A stretch of DNA of 64,000 nucleotides from Sphyrna mokarran. Its lineage: Eukaryota. The notes beneath the pieces are model-generated. The model made no database searches. It saw nothing but the letters and a program-made list of their open reading frames with translations, and was not told the origin of the DNA. Shown in pieces: positions 36,690-49,375 of this stretch. The stretch lies in the NCBI GenBank assembly GCA_024679065.1, contig JAGIQG010000003.1, positions 38,812,001 through 38,876,000 on the forward strand, given 5' to 3'. The stretch's first letter is position 1. Every line of letters begins with the position of its first letter. The position numbers and the translations under genes are program-made.

Positions 36690-37150
36690 GATTTACTAGA
36701 ACAATATCTGGACTTTAAAGGTTAAGCAATCAGGAGAATTTAAACAAACTAGGGTTGTGTTCCTTGGAACTTCAAAGATTAAGCGATGATTTAATCAAAG
36801 TTTTCAACTTATTAAGGAGAATATATTGCATAGTTTTTGAGAGAAACTATTCCCACTAGGTGGAGAATCAAGGTCTAAGGGTCATAGTCCAACAATTAGA
36901 GCCACATCTTTCAGGAAGAAAATTACAAAACACCTTTACCAAAGTCTGATAGAAGCTTAGACCCTCTTCTACAAGTAACAATTGATAAGAGATCAATTGT
37001 TATTTGTAAAACTGAGATGATATATTTTTGTTAGCCAAGGCTAAGGAATATGGGACAGAGGTGGGCACATGGACTTAGGTCTCAAATCAACCAAAATCTC
37101 AAGCAATGGCAGAATTGATTTAAGAGGCTAAAAAACCTTCTCCTATGTTC
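36690..37150 (+). mobile_element. Second, older CR1 3' fragment in tandem
   Basis: Degenerate repeat of the same ORF2 C-terminal region (aggggtcatagt, aaggaatatggg, ttcctatgttc tail). Confidence 0.6.
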
Positions 37151-38120
37151 TGAAAATTTTCAGCTGAAATAATGGCAATCTTGAATAATTAAACATTCTC
37201 CATAGATTAAATAAAACAATCAAAACTAAAGTGTAACATTCATATTCCACATATTGATTGCTCATTTTTTTATGAATTTCCATACATTTAATTTTGTCAA
37301 GCTTTAATAGAAAATAATTCACACAAAAATTCATCCACTTACTTTAATAAAACTCAATTAAGTACTATAACGAAGATTAAAGTATTTTTAATGTAAAATA
37401 TTAGATGTCACCCCTGTGAATATTTCGTAATGAGAATGCATTCATGCATTGTGTCCCACAAAATCTCTTCATTAGTCAAAAGAATTTCTGAAGATTACAT
37501 TTACTTATCTCAACTTTTAAGCTTCAGCTACACTGCAGCTTTCAACCTTGCACTTGTTTGTTAAGTGTGTAAATAGGCAACTACACTTTACTGAAGGTCA
37601 CATGAAAATAACCCACAACTGGGAGCACAAATGGATGTATTTGCAGAACACTGTTCCTCAACAGACCAATTATTAATGTTTGTAAAAGGCAGCTGGAATT
37701 TTTGTCACTCCATTAACCTTAAAATTTTACCGCACAATTTTTAAAGCATTCATGCAATCTAATATACTGTCAGATCAGTTATATACCATATTTGGTTATA
37801 TTGTACTGCGAACAAACTAAGGTCAGTGTGAGTTGGCCCTCTGGATTGACATAACCACTTAATGCACTTTAGAGTTAGATCAATAAAATATTTCAAGCTG
37901 TATTCTCATCATTCTGTACATCACTCCAAAGTCCTTCCATAGTAAATTGCAATAAAACTATTTTTGTAATCAGATAATCTAGCCTGCTGAATTTCATGAA
38001 TACTTGGACATTTTGTCTTGTGCCATTTTCATAACTAATCGCATTATGCGCATGCAAATGGAAAATGTTTTTATCAAAAGCATTTCCACTAAAATACTGT
38101 CCCTTAAAAAGGACAAAATG

Positions 38121-38256
38121 TAGGGAAGTATTTTATTGCTTTGTCGTGGCTGGAGTGAGGCTTGGGCCAGAAAATACAATGGGCCATTCAAAATCCCACT
38201 GACCTCATCAAGACTGGAAGATCCTGCCAGCAAGACTGGCTGTAAAATTCCACCCA
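38121..38256. mobile_element. Short MITE (Harbinger-like TIR family)
   Basis: gggaagtattttat / gtaaaattccaccc ends; internal ccactgacctc shared with the 53660 copy. Confidence 0.5.
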
Positions 38257-39439
38257 CTGTTAAGGGCACAGCTAATATAAAAATCAGGCTATTCCAAATC
38301 CCAGAAGGGAAACCTGAAACACCTGCTCTGTAATTTAAGTTTGATATAATGGGAGGAAAGATTTGAAAACCAGAGATTAATGTCTCAGATGCTTTTGCAG
38401 TGATTTTAAATAAATGTTTAGTGAACAATTAAACAACAAAGTCAATTTGAAACACATTTAACTAAAACGGCCATACACTATATTTCTAATTTTAATTAGT
38501 TTCAAATACCATTTCTGTCCATAACTACAGACTTATTTCTCCGCAAACAACATGTTATACATTTTTAAAAGCCATAAGCCAAATCCAGTAAATGTTACCA
38601 AACCAAGCAGTTTTATTTTTTGGGTTTGCTTCTGATATAGCACAAAACAACTGGCTCTTTAAGCAGGCTTTTTCTCAGACACTGCTTGCCCCAAATTCAA
38701 ACAGCTATTTCTGCTATAGACTGAAGAGTTCAAAGCAGCTCCCTTTCATAGGTTGAACTGCTTCTGATATACCACTTTTCCCTTTTGATCTTCTCTTATG
38801 TGAACTAACCTCCTCAGAAGTCAAACTTAATTACCTTCATTTTGTGAATCCGTCTTACAGAATGTACTTGCAAAGATCACAACCTGTCACCTCATTTGAA
38901 CTCTGATATCTTACTCAAACTCTTGATGTTCTTCTATTTTCCATTGGTACCACTTTGCCTTCAGTAAACATCACTCAGCAGTGCTGCAGGGCTCATCATC
39001 ATATCAAAAACACTAGTTCAAAAGCCTAGCCAAATTGTCCCTGCCGTTATGAAGCTTTTGTTTTAAATTGTTTCTCAAAACAAATAACCAACAAAACACC
39101 TTCCAAATTACTGGATTGCTTTGAGTTTTTATGTTATCACGATTTTTTCTGACACCACTGTACCTGTGGCCCAGTGGTAAAAACCCTTCCACACTGTCTT
39201 ACAATCTTTAAAAACTAATTTCCAGAACACAGTTTCACACAGGCTGGAATAAAAACTAGATACATTTAAAAAATTGTGTGCATTTCCATTTTTTATTAGT
39301 TACAAAAATATTGAACTGGAGAGGAGGGATAAAGAGAAATACTTCACTAACTATCAAGAATCATCCAATTCAGTAGTGAAGAGATTATTTATTTTCCAAT
39401 TGGGTGCGTCCCATGAATGGAGTGGCCAATTAAAATGAA

Positions 39440-39810
39440 AGACTGACTCGCACTTAAACAGCATGTTCCAAGGTCACAGGATGCCTCAAAGTATTTATAT
39501 GCCAATGATTCACTAGGTTGTTACCATCATAGCTTAGGAATTTCAATTGCCAATTTGCACACAGCAAGGTCCCACAACAATGTGTCAATGACTAGATAAT
39601 CTGATTTTGCCATATCGATGGAGCGACAAATATTGGCCAGGACACCAGAGATAACTCCTTTGCTCTCCTTCACAGTAACATCATCAGGTCTTTCATGTCC
39701 ATCTGGACAGAGCTGCCAGTTTAACGTGTCATGTGAAAGATAGCACAGCTAACAATGCACACTCCTTCAATCGATGTGAGCTTTGATTCTTGTGCTCAAG
39801 ATCTGGGTGG
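39440..39810 (-). mobile_element. Deu-domain SINE relic
   Basis: gccaatttgcacacagcaagg...tattggccaggacaccagagataactcc...gtttaacgtgtcatgtgaaaga. Confidence 0.65.
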
Positions 39811-40148
39811 CAGAATGGTGGTGAGACAGGGTGGGATGAATGTTGATGGGTTGTCATGTGGTGAATCTCCCTAGTATTTGTCCAACCTGAACTGACTGTT
39901 GCCTGAAACTTTTTTACGCTAAATACTTCCTTTTATTGTCACCAAACATTACGATCCCCTTCAAAATATATTTCACAAATTGTACTGGCTTTCTAATTAG
40001 ATGCAAATGAGTGTAATCTTTTAAATAATGCATAATATGATAGTCTACCAATTCAGAATTTCATTTTATAAATGGAAATGTTGACAACTTTAGATAGAAA
40101 TAAGGATGATAAAACCAACACGAAACATGCTTATATTTATTCCAAACA

Positions 40149-40310
40149 TGTGTGGGTTAGGTTGATTGGTCATGCCAAAATTGACTCTCATGTCAGGAGA
40201 TTAGCTAGGTAAATAAGTGAGGTTACAGGAATAGGGCTTGGGTGGGTTTGTGGTGCAGACTCGATGAGCCAAATAGCCTCCTTTTGCACTGTTGAGATTC
40301 TATGATTCTG
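40149..40310 (+). mobile_element. HE1/V-type SINE 3' part
   Basis: tgtgtgggttaggttgattgg...gcagactcgatgagcc...ttctatgattct. Confidence 0.75.
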
Positions 40311-41073
40311 AGAGTTGCTTTTAAGTTTGTATTACTTTAAAAACATGTTTGGCAGGGAAAAAAAAATAAGTGGAATTAACTACTATAATTTTGAAACCAA
40401 CTTCCTTTAATGACACAGTTCAAGGATTACAGAAACGCACATTACGGGTATATAACATCAAGTTCAGGACTGGACAAATTGAGTATATTCAAAAAATATC
40501 TACAGTGCAAATTCAAATCTACAGTTCACACTTTAATAGATCGTTGCTAGATTACTAAAATTCCAATCATATCCAAATTACGTATTATTGCATTCATTGA
40601 AAATTCATCAGATGCTTTGAATTGTAATATTACTATCCATTAAATGCAATATGGCTTCAGTTAGTGGATAATAAATGAGACCGCTGTCACCTTCAAGTGC
40701 ACTGTCATTGCTCTATTTTCAGTGGAAACCATAATTTATTCAAGCATACAAACGAAATACTTTGTTTAGAGTTCTGTTCCTGAAGTAGCTTTTGTGCTGG
40801 ACAGTCCAATTATTGTACAATCAATGCACTTTTAAATGGCAGCAGGGATTCCCATTTTACAATAAGGTTAAAAATAGCTTCCAGAGCAAAATATTTTTAA
40901 AAGTACAGATACAGGAAAGTACAAGACTACAGACTCTTTTTTTCGCAAACTCAGTTTGTGAGCACCACGACCCAACATAAATCTGATAACACCACTGTGA
41001 GAGAAGAAGAAATGCTTGCAATTCAGTCTTTGTGATACAGATATAGATTGGGACTCACATATTGTTAAAGCTT

Positions 41074-43157
41074 TAGACGGGGTAGAAATTGTAAAATGTG
41101 TTCAGGAGAATTTTCTAAATCCGTATATAGAGTGCCAACTAGAGAGGATGCGATATTGGATCTCCTATTAAGAAATGAGTTAGGGCAGGTGATGGATGTG
41201 AGTGTGAGGGAACACTTTGGATCCAGTGATTATAATGCCATTAGTTTCAATTTGATCATGGATAAGGGCAGATCTGGTGCTCGGGTTGAAGTTCTGAACC
41301 GGAAAAAGGCCAAAAATTTGATGAAATGAGAAGGGATCTGGGAAGTGTGGATTTGCACAGGCTGTTGTCTGCTAAGGATGTAAATGGATAGTAGGAGGCC
41401 TTCATAGGAGAAATTTTGAGAGTGCAGAGTTTGTATGTTCCTGTCAGAATTAAAGGTCAAGTAATTGGAAATAAGGAACCGTGGTTTCAAGGGAGATTGT
41501 AACACTGATTAAGAGGCAGCAGGGAACAGATCAGATTCTCGAGCAGTATAAAAAAATGCAAGAAGCTACTTAAGAGGGAAATCAGGAAGGCTAAAAAAAG
41601 ACATGAGGTTGCTTTGGCAGACAGAGTGAAGGAAAATCCAAAGAGCTTCTATAGGTATGTAAGGAGGAAAAAGATAGTGAGGGATAAAATTGGTCCTCTT
41701 GAAGACCAGAATGGTAGACTGTGTATGGAGCCAAAAGAGATGAGGGAAATACTAAATGGGTTTTTAAATGTTTAAAAAAGGTTCCAAAATAAATCTGGGA
41801 AATTATAGGCCAGTAAGTTTGACATCAGTGGTGGGCAACTTATTGGATGGTGTGATAAGGAATAGGACCTACAAATATTTCGATAGACAGGGATTTATTA
41901 GGGGGAGCCAACATGGCTTTGTGCGTGGTAGGTCTTGTTTGACCAATCTATTAGAGTTTTTCGAGGAGGTTACCAGGAAAGTGGATGAGGAGAAGGCGAT
42001 GGATGTTGTCTACCTGGATTTCAGCAAGGCCTTTTATAAGGTCCCTCATGGGAGGTTAGTTAGGAAGGTTCAGTCACTAAGTATACATGGGGAGGTAGTA
42101 AATTGGATTAGACACTGGCTCAATGGAAGAAGCCAGAGAGTGGTTGTGGAGGATTGCTTCTCTGAGTGGAGGCTAGTGGTGTACCGCAGGGATCGGTGTT
42201 GGCTCCATTGTTATTTGTCATCAGTATCAACGATCTGGATAATGTGGTAAATTGGATCAGCAAATTTGCTGATGATACAAAGATTGGAGGTGTAGTGGAC
42301 AGTGAGGAAGGTTTTCAAAGCTTGCAGAGAGATTTGGACCAACTAGAAAAATGGGCTGAAAAATGACAAATGGAATTTAACACAGACAAGTGTGAGGTAT
42401 TGCACTTTGGAATGACAAACCAAAGTAGAACATACAGGGTAAAGGGTAGGACTCTGAAGAATGCAGTTGAACAGAGAGATCTGGAAATACAGATACAGAA
42501 TTCCGTAAAAGTGACACCACAGGTGGATAGGGTCGTAAAGAGTGCTTTTGATACATTTGCCTTTATAAATCGGAGTATCGAGTATAAAAGTTGGAGTGTT
42601 ATGGTAAGGTTGTTTAAGGCATTGGTGAGGCCGAATTTAGAGTATTGTGTACAGTTTTGGTCACCTATTTACAGGAAGAATGTAAATAAGGTTGAAAGAA
42701 TGCAGAGAAGATTCACAAGGATGTTGCCGAGACTTGAGAAGCTAAGTTACAGAAAGAGATTGACTAGGTTAGGACTTTATTCCCTGGAGTGTAGAAAAAT
42801 GAGGGGAGATTTGATAGAGGTACATAAGATTTTGATGGATATAGATAGAACGAATGCAAGCAGCCTTTTTCCATGAGGCTAGAGGAGAAAAAAAACCAGA
42901 GGGCATGGATTAAAGGTGAAAGAAAAAAGATTTAAAGGGAATATTAGGGGGGCTTCTTCACGCAGAAAGTGGTGGGAAGGTAGAATGAGCTGCTGGATAA
43001 AGTGGTAAATGCGGGGTCACTTTTAACATTTATGGAAAACTTGGACGGGTTCATGGGTGAGAGGGATGTGGAGGGATATGGTCCAAGTTCAGGTCAACGG
43101 GCCAAGGCAAAAAATGGTTCGGCACAGACAAGAAGGGCCTGTAGTTTTCTATGGTTC
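41074..43157 (+). mobile_element. CR1 LINE: endonuclease C-terminus, RT and 3' end, with internal deletion near 41765
   Basis: PTREDAILDLLL...HFGSSD (APE endonuclease); [39 protein letters not shown] (RT). Stops and frameshifts present. Confidence 0.93.
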
Positions 43158-43726
43158 AATAGTGTATCAATTTTTATTTAAATGAGATCAGTACCAAAAT
43201 CACAATGAAAGGTCCTTGAACGAAACTACAGAGAAACAGCTAATAGTTTTCGTCATTTGATTGAAATAAATAATGATTCATGACAGTATGTCCTTGTGCC
43301 GGGCTTGCCGCACCATTTCTCTTATTAGGTCTCAAAAGCTTAAATAGTTATAGTGAGAAACAAATATCTGAATGAAACAATCAGGCAAGTAATTTTGGTT
43401 TCACTACAAATCCAATGACAGGAACCAGTACCAAACTGCAGGATTCTAAAGTTAGGAAATTGTAATGACTGGAGGTAAGAAGTCCCAAATTTTGAAGTAC
43501 TAGAATAATTGAGTTGGAAGAGGAAGAAATAAGGTTCATAGATTTAAAAGGCTAATGTAGAGGGAAGAGGGATGAGAAAGGAAGACAAGAGGGAGAGAAA
43601 ATGAGGACAGAGAAACAGAGTGAGGAGAAAATTTATTGAAATAATAAGAATATAAACAATGGCAGGACTAGTGACGTTAACTATTTCACTGAATAAATTT
43701 TAATTAATGAATTAAATATTATAAAG

Positions 43727-44370
43727 ATGGCAGGGCAAGTGTTGTGTGGCAGCTGCAGAATAGGGGATTGCATCGACACCCACATAATGCAAGCCAAACA
43801 CACTTGCAGTAAGTGTCTGCAGCTGGAGAAACATCAGCTCAGAGTCATTGAGCTAGAGGCCGATCTGCAGATGGTGCGACAAATCAGGTACGGAAAATTT
43901 CCCTTGCTCAGGGACAAGAGGGTGTAACTATGAACGAGGCATATAAAGGAATAGAGAAGTTACAAGTACAGGAACTTCAACCTTCACAATTATCCAATAG
44001 GGTTGAGTTCCTTGCTGCCTGTATGAAGTATTGTAGGGGCTGCAGGGTGCGTGACTGAACTGTGGCACTGTGGTACAGGAAGCGGTGGGGGAGGGGGGAG
44101 TTTTGGGACAGTTAAAAGGAATGTACATAGCAGAAGACTGTACAGTCAAGGAGATAGACACAGTCCTCTGCAGCCGAGAGTAGGAGCCCAGAACGCTACT
44201 TAGCGGACAGTGGCAGGGCTTTGAGACATCTGTTCTGGGCTGGAGAGGAATACAGTGGGAAGAGAAAGATCTAATTCTTGTAGTCTATGCAGGTATCAAC
44301 AACACAAGTAGGACAAGGAGAGACGTTGTAGTAAGACAGAATGAGCAGCTCAGACTAAATTAGGAAGTAC
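43727..44370 (+). mobile_element. CR1 ORF1 relic (Cys-rich/zipper N-terminus, esterase-like remainder)
   Basis: MAGQVLCGSC...TCSKCLQLEKHQLRVIELEADLQ; downstream degenerate V.AGINN motif. Confidence 0.65.
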
Positions 44371-44379
44371 AACAAAGCA

Positions 44380-44920
44380 GGGTGTGATGAGTGGTGTGCC
44401 ACAGAGTTCAGTTTTTTGGGCTCAACGTTTTACAATTCACATCAATGACTTGGATGAAGGGACTGAACATATGCTTGGCAGATTTACCAAAATTCTATAG
44501 ATTCTGCAATGGTTCCTGAAGATCACAAGATATAAAATGTAACCTGCCATTTAAGAAAGGAGGAGAGAGGGAACAGGGAACTTCAAACTTGCTAGACTGA
44601 CATCAATAGCAGGTAAAATACCATTCTAAAGGATGCGATAACTGGATTTTTAAAAAATAATGTTGAATCGGGCAGAGTTAACATAGATTTTTTTGAAGAT
44701 GCAATAACAGAATAGATGAGAGAACCAGTGGACACAGTGAACTTGGGTTTTCAAAAGACTTCCAATATTGTCCCATATAAGGGGTTAGTAAACAAAAGAT
44801 CAAGTGATTAAGGTGATAGTGCGAGAAAATAGCATGGAACTAGATCAGACATAATCTAGTAAAACGATAAAGCAAGTTTGAGAGGCCAAATGCCCACTCC
44901 TGCTCCTATTTCCTACTTTC
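44380..44920 (+). mobile_element. Scrambled CR1 RT fragments and tail
   Basis: SGVPQ...IHINDLDEG segment (44390-44480) precedes a FKKGG...LTSIAGK segment (44490-44800), then a ctcctgctcctatttcc tail. Confidence 0.65.
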
Positions 44921-44935
44921 CAGTATTCCATATTG

Positions 44936-45190
44936 GAGAGAGAGAGAAAGAAGCAAGAAAACACAGGAGCAGAGACACAAACAAAAAGAGAGAAAAGCAA
45001 GGTGAAAGAGAGAGATGGAGATGGAGAAGGAAGGAGACAGAAGGAAAAAAAGGAATACACGAAAGGAGAGAAAGAAGGATGAGAGAGGGGAAAGGAGTGA
45101 GGAAATAAAGAGAAGCTGAATGGAAGGAATAAAGAAAGATTAAGCAGAATGAAGAATAACAACAGTACATGAAGGAAAAAGAAGATAGAG
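44936..45190. repeat. GA-rich low-complexity tract
   Basis: Almost pure purine on the plus strand. Confidence 0.85.
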
Positions 45191-46146
45191 TGGTAATTAC
45201 TTATCATTTATCTCATCAAGTGCAGACAATCAAGACTTTGAAAGGTCATAGCCATTAAATTACATTTTAAATCGAACTTGTAGAGTGAACTTCGATGCTC
45301 ACATATGTGGCTTAAAATATCAATTATCTGTTACACATTTCTTCATCTATCTCTCCCATCGACGGAGATCTGCAATAAATACTGGTCATGGATCAAGACA
45401 TTGCATTTATGGCACTTTTTAAGGGAAATCACTGATCTGAACCACTTCAGATTCATATTCTGGTCAATTCTGATATAATTTATTTCAGTGGGAATTCCAC
45501 TTTTCTCCTGAAGCTTTTCCACCTATTCATTTTAATAGGCAATAGAGCCACAAGCCTGCTGAGGCCAGGGATACAGTCAGGCTGCCACCTGTCATTCTAT
45601 TTACCTTTGGAAGCATAACAAACAAGGAAACGGTTTACAAAGATTTCATAACCACTTCTATCACTTCTATCCTTTTAGAGCAAAGGTTTGTTGAATTCAG
45701 AGCAAGAATCCTTCCTCAGTCCAAGCAGCCTGATTCAAATAGTTGCATTCCTCCTGCTACCAAGATGAGAAAAAAGTTAACTAAAATTTACTTGGCATAC
45801 TCGCATTCTTATTTTCACTTCAGAGAACATGAGATCAACACTGACTCGTCAATCTTGTGTTATCTGGAGGTGACAACTTGTAAATTATACAAAACACTAT
45901 CAGCTGTGATGATGTGACTGTGATTCTAACATTCGCATTTACGCAAACTCATACAAAAAACTCCTCTGTAGATGCAACCAAATAATTGCAATATGTACAA
46001 AATTTAAAACAGCTTTAAGTTGGCACCAAATCATTTGCTAAACACTTTGGTTTTAATCTCCAAATGCAAATATTTTTGGCAGTATTGTGGTTCTCTCACC
46101 CCCCCTACAAGAACTTCTTAATGCACACCTGTATTTTGGAGACATT

Positions 46147-46297
46147 GGGCGGGATTTTCCAGGCACACTTGCCCCAAAATTGGAAAATCCTGCCTTAGGT
46201 CACCAGACCATTGTGTGGGTCTGTTTCCTAACCCCCTTCCCACTCCCGCTCATGACAATTCCTGTGGTGGGCAGGATAGGAAAATTCATCCCCCCCC
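46147..46297. mobile_element. Short MITE (Harbinger-like TIR family)
   Basis: gggcgggattttcc...ggaaaatcctgcc terminal hairpin; ends ggaaaattcatccc. Confidence 0.65.
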
Positions 46298-46649
46298 ATT
46301 ATGGTTTAGGTCTGTAAATTTCTTACTTTTTTTCTTGATAAAAAAAAATCATGCAATAAAACTACTTCAATCAAATTTACAAAGTTGGGGGCGATTGTCC
46401 CAGAAGTCCTGTATTGGCAAGAAAACCAACTTATGCAGAGGGTGATAACTGAATAGCGCAAACTGTCCAAAATGACATTGGACTCTGTTAGTCTAAAAAC
46501 ATTTGAGTGAATTTGACTTGAGCACTGAGGGAGTGGGCATTTAATTTAAAAGAAATAACTGTTGTATTCAAACAGACAGGCCTCTTTCTCAGTCCTATAT
46601 ATTCCCCAAGTTTTTTATAAATGGAGGTTGAGAGACTTGGCTAGTAATA

Positions 46650-47770
46650 CGTTATGATCCTTGACCACACCCTGAAATTGGACTGGGGTTGGGGTGGGTG
46701 GGATCTGATTCAGGATCAATAACACTTTGTTTAAAAAAGTAGATAAAGGGTGAGACTCAACACACCTGCTTTTGGAAAACAGCTAAGATTCTACAGGTTT
46801 TGAACAAACAAGAACAAAAAACTTACTATCAATGTTCAGAAAGATAAAACAATTTATAATATGTATCTTCTGTTCTAATATTTACATTAAGTATATGATG
46901 CATATGAATTAACAGATTGGACATTTCAGGTTAAATGACAGATGCAACCAAAACAGATTTCATGAATTTCTCTACAAATCACCCCAGATGTTCATCCTAC
47001 TGTCAGTCAACCAATCGCACTCAAACTTTGTCTTTCTTACAAGTTTCCAATCTCCACTTTTGAAGATCTGGCCTTGAACTTCTCGCCAACCACCCCCACT
47101 CAGACAGCTTTAACAATGGGTACACTCTCAGGGTCTCAATCCCACCTTCTGATATTCCTCCTGTCTTGATTCCCGGGTACAACATTTGCTTATAAGCATA
47201 CTTTCAGACCTGTGGCCAGATCAGGTAGAACACCACTGCTCCAAAGAAATATCTTTGTGTTAACGACTTTCTTATACAGTCTTTACCCCACAAACTTTTC
47301 TGTAATTTTGTAACTCAACATACCTGGGATTTCAGCCTATCCCCATCTCTGTGGCACTTGTTGGCTAGCACATGTCTTAAACAGACTGCCTCAAGAATTG
47401 ATCTGGTAACCTATCAAAAAACTCCCAAAGGATCCCACACTTATTACTCAGCAAGACCCAATGGAACAAGCATTGGAATAGCCCTTATATCAAATATTAC
47501 TGCTAATTTAGCATCCAGGGATACAGAGTTTGATGGAGTTCATGACACATGAAAGGAAAACATTAAAATATAAACTCAATTCTCTTCATACTTCAGCTTT
47601 TAATTTCACAACTATCCACCCCCCTTGCCCACTACATTAAACAGACTAACAATGTCACAGAATGAATAGATTCTAAAACTACAAACCTCCTAACTTAAGT
47701 GCTGAAAAAAACTTGTCCTTTTATCAGTTCTAACCAAAACTAAATTACAAAATATATTTTTGTCACAACG
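46650..47770. mobile_element. Possible solo-LTR-like element
   Basis: Termini cgttatga / tcacaacg form a short inverted pair resembling TG..CA LTR ends. No clear TSD. Confidence 0.3.
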
Positions 47771-48502
47771 TATTTTTCCTTTTTATGGCAGTACTCTACT
47801 TACTTCAGCCATGAAAAGTGATTAACTCTCATAAGGAACAATCAACAATTATTGACTATGACATTGTGGTGTCAGTGCAATGAATAGACCATTTTGTTTT
47901 CAGTCTGCCTACTTTTCCTTCGCCTTTCATCTGCTCCATCCTTCAAACGTGTGTGTGCAACTGAGACTTCAATCAAAAACATATTTAAGAAGCATAATCC
48001 TATTCAGAGATATACCTAGAAGACATATCCCTGCTCCTAGTGTCTGCTTTATGAAAATAATGTGCAACATACTTATATCTTTTGGTTATCACTCTTACAC
48101 TATAAATCCAACTAAGCAGCAAGTTATAAGCTGCAGCTGGAATTTAACTACCTGAACGCTGAACAAACTCTGCTTATCTTACGTTGACTTACCCATCCTG
48201 CGAAGATCATGAAGTTTGTGATTGTTACTTTGTCATATCAGCATGCTCCAGTAACAATGCTTTCAAAGCTGTTAAATATTCATAATTCCATGTGCCCACT
48301 ATTAATGCTGAATTATTTCAATCACCCCTATTTCACTATAGTTGTTGATTTTCTAACGTAATCAATCTCAGAGATGACAAACAGCATCGTTTGCCTCCTC
48401 ATACAACAGTTCTTATGGTAAGTACACTTGCAGTGTGTAAGCAAGAATACTTCACACTGGCCACAAACTTGGTGCAATAGGCTGGATTTCCTGTTAACAC
48501 AG

Positions 48503-48577
48503 TAAGAAATCTCACAACACCAGGTTTTTACTGTGTTTATCCCAGTCCAATGCCAGCATCTCCACATCATTACTACA
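48503..48577. mobile_element. 75-bp inverted Penelope-derived mini-element with perfect 11-bp TSD
   Basis: tgttaacacag at 48492-48502 and 48578-48588; two family A pieces in opposite orientation. Confidence 0.8.
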
Positions 48578-48781
48578 TGTTAACACAGAGGAAGGGGGTG
48601 CATAGAAGAAATACTCTGCCAAGCACTTAAACAAGTTCCTCATCCATTTCTCCCAATCCACACTCAGATTTTGTGATATTCACGTCTGCTTTCAGTGTCC
48701 AGAAGTCCCTTATCGCACTATTCTGCATCTCTGAATACTTAATACAAAGCTTATGTTTTTGAGATCCCCCACCTCTCTACA

Positions 48782-48889
48782 AATTTCTCTACAAATCATC
48801 CCAGATGTTCATCCTACTACTGTCAGTCAACCAATCTCACTCAAACTTTGTCTTTCTTACAAGTTTCCAATCTCCACTTTTGAAGATCT
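48782..48889 (+). repeat. Direct copy of 46965-47069
   Basis: Two substitutions and a 3-nt slippage insertion over ~105 bp. Confidence 0.92.
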
Positions 48890-48912
48890 CTTTGTATCCT
48901 CCAAAGAATTTA

Positions 48913-49375
48913 TTTTCCTATTTTTCTGCATACAAGTTAGCAGCAAAGTTAGCTACAGTACAGTTGGTCACTGGTCTCAGCAACAATCCACTGGTTACTT
49001 TTGCCCAACCTAAAAATGACCCATTTATCCCATTGCTACTTCCTGTTACAAACACGCTATCCATGCTGAAAAATCTTTAACTTTCTTAGCCACAGATGGT
49101 GCATCTTCTCATTGTGTTTTTCTTTGTCAGAAGAATATATTTTTGTTGAGTGTTATAAATTCAGGCTCACTAGTAATGCTATCAGCAACAAACATGGGAA
49201 AGAAACTTTCATGATTGGAGAAGCAGCTCCTTGCAGACCTGTTACTTCCATGTACCTGCAATTTGAACAGAGAGTCCACGAGCTGGATACAGAGGCACGG
49301 ACAGCCAGATTGTTGCCCGCAAATCATTTGTTGAATAACCCGTGTTAGGTAATGAGAGGCATTGCTATATGTTGC
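48913..49375 (+). repeat. Direct copy of 53821-54283 (463 bp)
   Basis: Ungapped alignment by eye, about 16 substitutions. Confidence 0.95.

Noticed and set aside
44845-45207. Hydrophobic and charged ORFs
   Set aside because: Artefacts of the GA-rich low-complexity tract.
48372-48417. Possible plus-strand exon (ctcag|...ATG|gtaagt) and nearby minus-strand donor at ~48190
   Set aside because: Poor polypyrimidine tracts and no recognisable peptide; gtaagt hexamers are expected dozens of times by chance.
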